Made by a program: the position numbers and the translations under genes
Shown: positions 54,233-64,000 of the stretch, in pieces
How the letters are laid out: each line of letters begins with the position of its first letter
Numbering within the stretch: position 1 is the stretch's first letter
Assembly (NCBI GenBank): GCA_951406725.2
Contig: OX597843.1
Location: 18,538,001-18,602,000, forward strand
Origin: Octopus vulgaris
Lineage: Eukaryota
Reading direction: 5' to 3'
Length of the DNA: 64,000 nt
Notes under the pieces: model-generated
Told to the model about the DNA's origin: nothing
Database searches by the model: none
What the model saw: the letters and a program-made list of their open reading frames with translations, nothing else

Positions 54233-55499
54233 CTGTAATAATAGATATAAAAATGATGTACTACAACCATAACATTTACTACTATGACTACTGCTAACTA
54301 CAACAACAACAACTCTGGAAATGTTTATCATGCAACAAGGTTTAATCATTGCTTTAAAAATAGCATAAAGCAAGAAATGAAACCGAAAACAACTTGTCAA
54401 AGAATTGAAAATTAACAACATAAGTAATTCTCTGTAAAGTTTATGGTTATTTACGACTTATAATAAATAATGTTTTGAATACTTACAGTATTCAAAGTTC
54501 TCTGATCACATGTAGATATGACCATCGAATCACGGTTCAAATCAAAACCACTTCACTCTGCCACCCACCATAAAACATAAGATAGGTCAAATAATCCCAA
54601 TAATTATGTATCATTCCGCCAAAGTTTCCTCTGCATCGGGAATGCAAACGGGGATTTTTTTTATGCAAAATTTACGAAACATTATGCGTACAAAACTCAC
54701 CAGCAAATCATACACCCGTACCCAAAGCTGATAATTAAATAAATTTATCAGATGTGAAGCTTTGATCTGTGTCATTACCAATGTACTGGAGTACAACTAC
54801 GTGGTCAGACATACGCCTGGCAATTTCAACTCGTGTTTTAGCTGCGTTTCAAACGTATTGCTTGTGTCTTTTCCACTTAAAAATAATACAAAATTATGTT
54901 CTGAAGAGTTTGTTGTACTACTTGATGTGAGCGAAGATTTAATACGCTTTCAATTTTTTATTAGTAGAGATATATAATATTTCTCTGTTGTTGTACCTTT
55001 CAACCTCGTCTATCAGACAGCCTCTTTTGCTATAGCGACCAGACAAATGATAACTCTCATTTGCTGCCTTAACTAATTCATTGATCCGCTCTTTGTAATC
55101 TTTGCGAACTGGCCACGTCCGACTTCTAACTACCCCCACTAAGTCTAGCGACTCCAGATAATTCTACAAGGAACCTTGGTCTCAAGTTGCCTCCTGGCCA
55201 CGTACATTCATACATCCCACTCTAAGTACAGCTATGTTTATCATAAGTTCTTGTGTTCGATTCTTGGGCAGGGTTCAATGTTGTTTCCTTGCACTTTGTT
55301 TTAGTCTACTCAAGTGAAAATGGATCCCAGCTTGGTGTTTGTCATCTATTTCTCCCTTCAATCTTCAGATATTTGTTGTCCCATTGAGTCATGGATAAAA
55401 GGATCAATAAGGTGTTTTCCTCAGGCACCTACAACAATTAGCGAGTGACAGTTACGGATATATTTTAACGGAAAGGAAGAAAATAAGATCCTAGTTTAC

Positions 55500-55591
55500 C
55501 TCTGCTCCTGGACAACTGGTTACAGATGACTCATTGCACGTCATCTTTGAACATGTTTGACACTGCAAATTCCTTTGAAATAACGAGTAAT
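55500..55591 (-). CDS. aGPCR-like gene B, Ly6/uPAR domain first half (DYSLFQRNLQCQTCSKMTCNESSVTSCPGAE)
   Basis: ttctgtag| and |gtaaac, phase 1->0; LxCxxC start of three-finger fold. Confidence 0.85.
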
Positions 55592-56261
55592 CTACAGAAT
55601 ATAAGTAAATATCCATATTTTACGAACCAAATAGTGCAATGCATAGCAACAACTAGAAATATTTGCTTTCTGATGTAAAGAAATGTTTATGTATTAGTGT
55701 TGGAATCAATACATGTTAGTCATATAAACCAAATTATTAACAAAAGCTATAAACCTATTTTTATGTTCATTTGGAAATGTTTAAATTATGTCACAAATTC
55801 AACTGAGAAAAGCATGGAATCTACCTGTTGCCCTTTTCTTTTAGCATTCTGATCTCACAAAAACGTGAAAATTGTGGAACAAGTCCAATAAAGGGATGAA
55901 ATTCGAAAGTGGTAAGTGTTGTTTGCAGTGGGAACTCCCGTATAAAACCCGGGGATGTCATTTAAATTGTTACAATGTTATATAGTATGTGAAAAATGCT
56001 ATAATATGTGAACTGAGCAACACAATATTTGAATAAATAGGAAACTTTATCACTGATATGGTGGTATTCCAAATATATGCAGGTTATGTATATATGAATG
56101 TATGTATGTATGTATGTTATGTATGTATGTACGTACGTATGTATGTATGTATGTATGTGTATGTGTGTGCATGTATGTATGTATGCATGCATGCATGTAT
56201 GTGTGTGTATGTGTGGAAATATATATATATATATATCTGTAAATGTAATATGTGACAATTA

Positions 56262-56400
56262 TTCGGTAGCCATGATAAAACTCCGAGTTTCGGATGTCGG
56301 GGTGGAAATTCACGCCGCCATCTCTTCAGTTATCCGGCCATCGGAAAAAATGCCCATTTTTTCATTTTTTTCTCGGAGTTTTTTTATAATGGCCACCGAA
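56262..56400. mobile_element. 139-bp MITE with TA flanks
   Basis: ttcggtagccatgataaaactccgag vs ctcggagtttttttataatggccaccgaa; TA on both sides. Confidence 0.7.
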
Positions 56401-56511
56401 TATATTACAATTACAGAAAAATTCCTCCATTTACATAATATAGAGGTCTCTTTCATTCTTTTGTTGTTTTACCATTTCTCTATATATATACTTATATACA
56501 TACATGCATAC

Positions 56512-56575
<64 letters not shown>

Positions 56576-56579
56576 ACAG

Positions 56580-56635
<56 letters not shown>

Positions 56636-56668
56636 ATATATATATACATACATACACACAAACACACG

Positions 56669-56716
<48 letters not shown>

Positions 56717-56764
56717 TATATATACATATACATATATATATACATACACATATATATACACACA

Positions 56765-57910
56765 TATGCGGGGTCATCGAAAAAGGTTTCCGTGCTTTTC
56801 AAAATGAAATAACTAAGTCTGTATTAAAGGAATTTTTCTGCATAGACTATTTTCTTAAGATAATCCCCCGCCCCCAAAAAAATCCATAGGAGTTAGATCA
56901 GGGCTTCTAAGTGGCCACAAAATAGGACCATTACTTCCAATCCAGCGGCCAGGAATCTGTTGTTGAGTGCTTGTCGCACATTATGGCTGTAGTGAGCCGG
57001 TTCTCCGTCCTGCTGGAAAATTACACTTATTCTCTTTCAATGTCTGCAACTTGAGCAATTTGAGGGAACAGATAAATTTCTAGCATGTCAAGTAACTAGC
57101 GCCCGTAATCGTGTTTTCTACGAATATGAAAGGGCCAAGAGCACGATCCTGCAGGAGTCCACACCATATATGAAACTTGGGCGAATCACGGACGTACAGG
57201 AAAACTTCATGGGGTTGTTGAGCTCCCCACATCTGACTGTTATATCGCTTAACACAACCATTTATGTGGAATGTTGCTTCATCACTAAACAAAAATTTTG
57301 TTAAGATAACTATCATCGTCATCAATTTCTCTCACCATCGTTACAGCAAATTTAGCGCTTTCAGGCCAATCAGTCTCCTTAATTTTACGTCTCTTTAGAA
57401 TTCTGTAAGCATTCAGTCTTAGGCGTTTTGAATTGTTGTTTTAGACATACGAAGTTCCAAACTGCGTCTATTGGTGGACTTCTTAAGACAAGGCAAACAT
57501 GACAGTCTCAAACGCTCCACATTCTTTTCCAACGTGCGTGGCTGGCCTGGAGATTTCTTAATATTTACATTTCCAGTTTCTTTAACCTGGTTAAACCAGC
57601 GAACAGTGGTTTTGTCTGTAGGGGAATCTTGTCCGTAAGAACGCTGAAAAGGACGTTGCACTAAAACAACTGACTTAAACTCAGTGTACCACAACACATA
57701 CTGCACTTTCTGCTGTAGAGTCGCCATGATTGCCGTGGAGAGACTGGTCAGACGCTCGCTAGTGAAATAGTGATTTGAAGGACAACGCAGTGGCAACTAT
57801 CAAAACACCTACAGTTGTTATACAGTCGAACGTTGATTTCATACGGATCGCTGGCTTATAGCTTGAATAATGACAACTAAAATCATGGAAACCTTTATCG
57901 ATGATCGTAT
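56765..57910 (-). mobile_element. Tc1/mariner DD41D-type transposon relic
   Basis: TIRs tcatcgaaaaaggtttcc / ggaaacctttatcgatga; [25 protein letters not shown]; 41 residues between 2nd and 3rd Asp after repairing one frameshift. Confidence 0.88.
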
Positions 57911-58512
57911 ATATATATATATATAAAAACATACTCTATCTTTTATTCCCCCTCTCATGTTCCTTCCCTTTTCTCGCTCCCCTCTCTCACATTGCTTGTC
58001 CCTATCTTGTCCCCTACCTATCTCCCCTCATTCCATGTGACTGGTGTCCGGCCAGCCATGATCTTTCTTTCTTGGCCTGACTGCCGACCTCTTGTGTCCA
58101 TCTCGAATGTCCCTGCTTTAAGCTTTCACTTCATACACGCCAGCTCAATTTGATTAGTTCTCAGTCGAAAGACACCCGTTGTTATTTCTTGTTGTTTGTA
58201 TTTGCAATTCTATACCATGTTCTCCGTTTTCTTTTTTTTTTTGTCTTTGTTGTCGTACACATTCGCTATCTTTCTTACAATAGGGTTTAATGCTTTTAGA
58301 TGAGACTTTTTTGGGGGCAACCAAATCGAACAATCTCAAGTGCAACTGCCCAAAATGGTCATGACTTCTGGAACTTGACTGAGGAAAGAAACCCACGAAT
58401 GGCCCGTCTTTTTCTGCCTGTCCTCCTAATTGTTGTTTCTCTTGTCCGCCTTTGTGTCGTATATCTGACTGAATGTTTTAACGTCCTCTATTGCGTTTTT
58501 GTTCCATATATA

Positions 58513-58549
<37 letters not shown>

Positions 58550-58716
58550 TGTCAATAATAAAAGGGTAAAATTAATTAATTATTAATTAATTTTACCAAG
58601 TAGTGTTCAGTATGCAAAAATACCATTTACGCTATATTTAAAACATTACGTTATATAATTAGGGTTCAGTAAAATAATTTACGGTGTGTGGTCAAGTAAA
58701 TTATTTTACTGAACCC

Positions 58717-58755
<39 letters not shown>

Positions 58756-58782
58756 GCATATATGTATATGTATATATATATG

Positions 58783-58842
<60 letters not shown>

Positions 58843-59839
58843 TATGCATATATATATTTATATATATGTATATATATATAAGCATATATACATACACGCA
58901 CACATATATATATACCTACATATATACATACACATATATATATATATATGTGCATGTCTCTGTCTCTGTCTGTCTGTCTCTCTCTCTCTCTGTATATATA
59001 TATATAGATATATATATTTATATATATCTTCTACATTGAAGACTTTTACCAACCTCATATATGCACACCAAACTTTCCGATCTGCATCGGTTAAACTTTC
59101 TGTATAGTGGACAATTGGATCAACGACATCTTAGAGCATCATAGAACATCGAGTGATCCAACTTAGCAACGAGTCGACACTCACTCAATATTTCCACTTC
59201 ACCGACCACTCTGCGTAACGCCTCTCGATTTTCGATTTAAACCTTCAGCACCGGATTACCCATCTCTCATTTCTTTAGGGAAGAAGAGTATATCTTTCTG
59301 AAAACTTGTCCGCCTTTTGATTTAAATTCCCCCCCTCACCTTACATTTTAAATCTACATTTCAACTCCCCACCATCTACTGTAGCAATATATGCTTTACT
59401 TCTGTACTTCGTTTTCTTTTTGTTTTTCCCGCTGCACCACACCCACCGACCCACATCCACACATTATTTGTCCCTGCTCCCATATTTACACTTTATACAC
59501 ACTTCACATGCTAGCTCACAGTTTCTACATACATATCTCACTTCGCCAGCACAGTTAGTCTCTTCACACTTTATTACACCTCCCCACGTCTTTCTCATTG
59601 GATATTCTATCTTTGACACATACACACTGGTACATACACTCATATACATTCAGCGTGAGCAGCTGAGACTGTGGGTGTTATCTAGCCATGTTGGTCTTGG
59701 TATACCCCTACATATCCTGCCAGTTGTAGTGGTAGAGGCCTCAGGTACCTCCAGCATATGTCCTATCAGAAGCTACTGTCAATACACTTTCTGGCTGGAC
59801 TCTCAAGTGTGATCAACTGAAACTGTTATCTAGCCATCT

Positions 59840-60070
59840 GTTCTTGGTCAACCCCTAGATTTCCTGTCAGTTTGCATGGGTTGAAGAATTGGTCTTGCGA
59901 TTTTCTCGTGTGACATTCTAATCGCATGCCCGTATAACCTGAGAGGTAGTGCCTCAATGTAGAAAACGAACGACTCGATCTGGAGAGACTCTGTCATCTC
60001 CAAGGTACGCACTGGTTCGAGTAAAGTTACTCCAGAGATTCTTCGGAGAAAACCCATTTCAGCCGCTTCT
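59840..60070 (-). mobile_element. RTE-like LINE 3' remnant
   Basis: FLRRISGVTLLE…LRLYGHAIRM…RKSRG. Confidence 0.65.
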
Positions 60071-60743
60071 ATTTGCGATCAAACCCTTTCGGTCGTTAGC
60101 CAACATTTATGAAAACCAAACTAAGGATAGCACGTTCCGCCGAGGTCGACTTTGCCTGTCATCCTTTCGGGGTCGATTAAATAAATACCAGTTACGCACT
60201 GGGGTCGACATAATCGATTTAATCCGTTTGTCTGTCCTTGTTTTTCCTCTCTGTGTTTAGCCCCTTGTGGGTAGTAAAGAAATATGTATTCCGTCTGTCT
60301 TTACGTTCTGAGTTCAACTTCAAGTCAACTTTGCCTTTCATACTTTCGGGGTCGATAAATTAAGTACCAGTTGCGAACTGGGGTCAATCTAATCGACTGA
60401 CCTCCCTCTCCCCCAACATTTCGGCCCTTGTGCGTAGAGTAGAAAAGAATAAATCCACACACTGGTTCTATTTCACTTTATTATCCGTCCCTTTGTTAAA
60501 AATGTGTTAAAAAATAAACAAAATGAATGTTCGATGAAACGTTCGGCTAATCAATCAAACAGTTATGATTGTTAGAAACCTTTTGTTGCCATCCATGACC
60601 TCCTCAATGACTATTTGAATGTTTCCGTTCTATACTTACATAGTTGTGAGTGAGAATGTACATGAGAGAGGAAGGGAGTTAGAAAGAGAGAGTGTCTGTG
60701 TGCATGTGCGCACACATTCATGGATGTGTGCGCTGTCGTGTGT

Positions 60744-60789
<46 letters not shown>

Positions 60790-61070
60790 ACACATTCATG
60801 CATGTGTGCGCTGTCGTGTGTCTGTGTGTGTGTATGTGCGCCTGCGTGTGTTTGTGTGCCGATGACGGTTTGTGTGATATAGTTGAATCTGTAAGTGCAT
60901 TAGAGAGAAAATGTGAATGAAAAGCGTGCGAATGGTAAAAGGTTTATTTCTCATATCTTTATCTATAATTTCCCTTTCAGAAGACATGATATTGTAAGCT
61001 CCAGAGAATAACCCGGATTTTTGTTCGTTTCAATAATAAAAGAAAAACAAGCAAGGAAAGTTTTCCTAAC

Positions 61071-61228
61071 CTTTACATTGTGCATAATTCAGTATACGGA
61101 TTGTTGCGCCTGTAGCCTCCTGACACGAGCCAATGACATCCACATTTCTGTTATATACTTTTTTAATATGATTTACGAAGGCTGGTAGGTGACATCCACA
61201 CGTCATATTCTTATTGTTTTCGAGGTTA
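61071..61228 (-). CDS. aGPCR-like gene B, last LRR/LRRCT cap exon (NLENNKNMTCGCHLPAFVNHIKKVYNRNVDVIGSCQEATGATIRILNYAQCK)
   Basis: ataattacag| and |gttagg, phase 2->1; LxxN..CxCxL and four-Cys LRRCT pattern; in frame with the next exon. Confidence 0.8.
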
Positions 61229-61879
61229 CTGTAATTATAAAGAGAACTCTAACTGAATGCGCTTCAGACGAACAGAGAAATTCCTGTTAGATTTGACAAG
61301 AAGCAAAGATTAGAAAATTCGAACAGGTGTATAAAAGTTATGAAATTCCTGGTTTTTTGCTTCCAAATTGTTAATAACATCAATAATTTGAAATGGTTTC
61401 TAGTGGAAAGTGAAAATATATTACGCTTCTATTAATTTTTAGCTTACATATTGAATAATAAAGTATCTTTAAGTGAGAAGATTTCTATCCACTTAAAAAG
61501 ATTCCATTTTATTGTGTTTTAGGGACATTTTGGGGACGGAAATTTTGTAGTAGCGACTTTGTGCCGCTCTCTCTGAGAAAAACTCATTTAGATGGGAGGT
61601 TTTCGTGCTAAGAAGGTTGTGTTTATTCTGTGCGGCAAATATTTTTTAAGTCAGAGGTTGACCAGTGCAGAAACTGAAAAATTACAGTGTTGTACTTCGT
61701 TAAGTTTCTGCGGCACAGACATGTATAGTAATGTGCTTATTTAACAAGGGGGAATTTATATACATTTTTCGAAATATCAATTTAAATATTTTCAGTTTTT
61801 CAAACAACTACAGCAATAATGGTTTTAAATTTTGGCTCAAGGCCGGCAATTTAGGGTAGGGGGTAAATAATGAAGTTAC

Positions 61880-64000
61880 CTGAGAGGTAAAAGAAAAATT
61901 AAACAGGGCATAGCAGCAAAAGCTTGCCGCATAAAACGGTAGGAAAAACGGGAACGCTTCTTCCAACAAAATAGAGAATTCAGAATAAACACAAAACGTT
62001 TTTACAGAGAGTTAAACAAAGAAGACTATATCAATAGACATCATGCCAACGACATCAGTGATTCAGTTATACTGGGAAGCAATATGGAACAAACCAAAAC
62101 AATACAACAAAAATACTTAGAGGATTAATAGGGAAACGGGTAGGAAGAACACAATAGAACTACAGATATGTCCCACAATCACAAGCCAAGAGATCACGGA
62201 CAACTGAGGAGTACCAGCAACTGGAAAACTTCAGGAATAAAGAAGATTCCCAACTTCTAGTTGGAACACCTCATCAGTACCCATAACCACGCAGCAACAG
62301 CATTCAATTTATTGATGAGCCAGAATCAACATCAAACTGAATGCTGGAAAAATAAAGATACCGTACTTCCACAAAATTACAGACCAATAATATACCTATC
62401 AACATCAAACAAAACCCTAGCATCAGTAATCCATAACCGGCTTATAAAGCATCTAGAAAACTACAATGTTTTACCAGAAGTAAAAAAAAGGGGTATGGGA
62501 TAGGAATGCATGGCTGTAAGGAGCAACCTCTGGTAAACCGAGCCATTACAGAGGACTGTAAGAGGAGAAAGACAAACTTGAACATGACTTGGATTGATTA
62601 CCAGAAAGCATTCGACAGCATTCCACACTCATGTATACAGGAATTTCTCCACACGAATAATATAGCCTCACCACTACCAAAATATTTTAAACACGCAATG
62701 GCAAATCGGAAAATCAGTATAACATAAAAATTTACCCTACCCCGTGAGAAGAGGGATTTTTCAGGGAGACTCACTGTCAGACCCCTGCAGCTCTGCCTTT
62801 CTCCGTCCCCGCTAACAGACTTGTTAAGCAAACCCACTATGCTATGGATAAAAAATAAAACATCTCCTGTACATGGGTTACCAAAACTTTTCTCTAAAAG
62901 TACTATGGAACAGAGAAACCTAACCAAAATTGTCCATAGTTTCAGTAAGGATATAGAAATGAGCATGCGGCTGGACAAATGTGCCAGATTCACACCGAGA
63001 GAGGCAAATTAATCAGTACTGAAAACTCTGCACTCGACATAGACACAGAAATTAAAGAATAAGACCAAGATCGCTTATACAAATATCTGGGATTATACGA
63101 AACAGCTAAAATACAACACAGAAATATGAAAGAAACTTAGGAGAGAGTATTACAGAAGAGTTAAACTAATATTAAACACTGAACTTAATGCTAAAAAAAT
63201 AGGATAATAGGGATAAACACGCTAGTCATACCAGTCACAAATTATAGCTGTAACATAATAAACAGGAAGATCAGTAAATTGAGAAACCTAGATAGAAAAT
63301 TAAGAAGACTACTAACAGCGCACCGAAGTCACCACACCAAAGCAGACGCATGCAGAATATATTTATTCCACTTAGAAGGCGATTGTGACCTGATACAGAT
63401 AGAAAAATTACAATAAAATAACAACTGTTGGACTAAGGAAGTTCTTAGAAACAAAGTGTGGGAGACTATTGCATGTAGTTAAGCAACACGAGAATGAAAC
63501 AGAAGCAACGTTCACTGATACATTGATTTCAGATGATAGTATGGCGGAAATATTCAAAGAGATAAAAAAGAAACCTATGAAAATAGAAGTACAAAAGATA
63601 CTGAAGAAGAAATGAAGGGAAAATCACTCCATTGCCAATATCCTGCAAGGCTTGACCAAGAGGAAGTGAGCCTGAGTAAAAGCCAAAAATGGCTCAAAAG
63701 CTCAGGTCTAAAAGCTGATACGGAAGGATTGATTCCCGCTGCACAAGACCAATCTCTCACTACAAACAATTATAAAAATAAAATAAGGAAAATAGGCCCA
63801 ACACCAAATGCACAATGTGCAACCAAGACAATAAAACAGTTGACCACATCATTACGTGCTGCCCAGTCTTTGCCAAGTCTGAATAGATATACAGACACAA
63901 TAAGGTAAGCAGTTATATCCATTAGACAATATGCCAAAATTACATTAAAACTGACAATAGGTGGTATAAGCATATGCCAAAGAAGCTACAAGACAACGAT
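61880..64000 (+). mobile_element. Degenerate R4/Dong-like LINE, RT through C-terminal region, runs off window
   Basis: NYRPI, GCKEQ, WIDYQKAFDSIPH, YKYLG, WLKSSGLKADTEGLIPAAQDQSL; many stops and frameshifts. Confidence 0.88.

Noticed and set aside
61442-61540. Further LRR exon (SLKHNKMESF; gtaagc donor)
   Set aside because: In-frame stops and no consistent acceptor

Overview
AT-rich, microsatellite-dense eukaryotic DNA, most likely Octopus or a close relative (inferred from the SINE families and TA/ATT/GATA repeat load). Almost all listed ORFs are microsatellite or transposon artefacts; the real genes are short spliced exons that I reconstructed by hand from GT-AG sites and reading phase. 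(1) On the + strand, six exons (801-14773) encode the complete 7TM region and C-tail (…ETNI*) of an adhesion GPCR whose N-terminal half lies left of the window. (2) On the - strand, a convergent paralog has eight in-phase exons (61228->34472) encoding LRR C-cap, a complete Ly6/uPAR three-finger domain, a SEA-like domain and a HormR domain. These are followed by a diverged second copy of the three SEA exons (28782->25268) and a paralog of the + gene's terminal exon and 3'UTR (23846->23794, …ETNL*). No GAIN or 7TM exons are recognisable in between, yet all twelve exons join in frame. Introns hold Penelope-like elements (several with inverted arms and minimal hammerhead-ribozyme motifs, mostly sitting in (TA)n), R4/Dong and RTE LINE fragments, a DD41D Tc1/mariner relic, MITEs and tRNA-derived SINEs.
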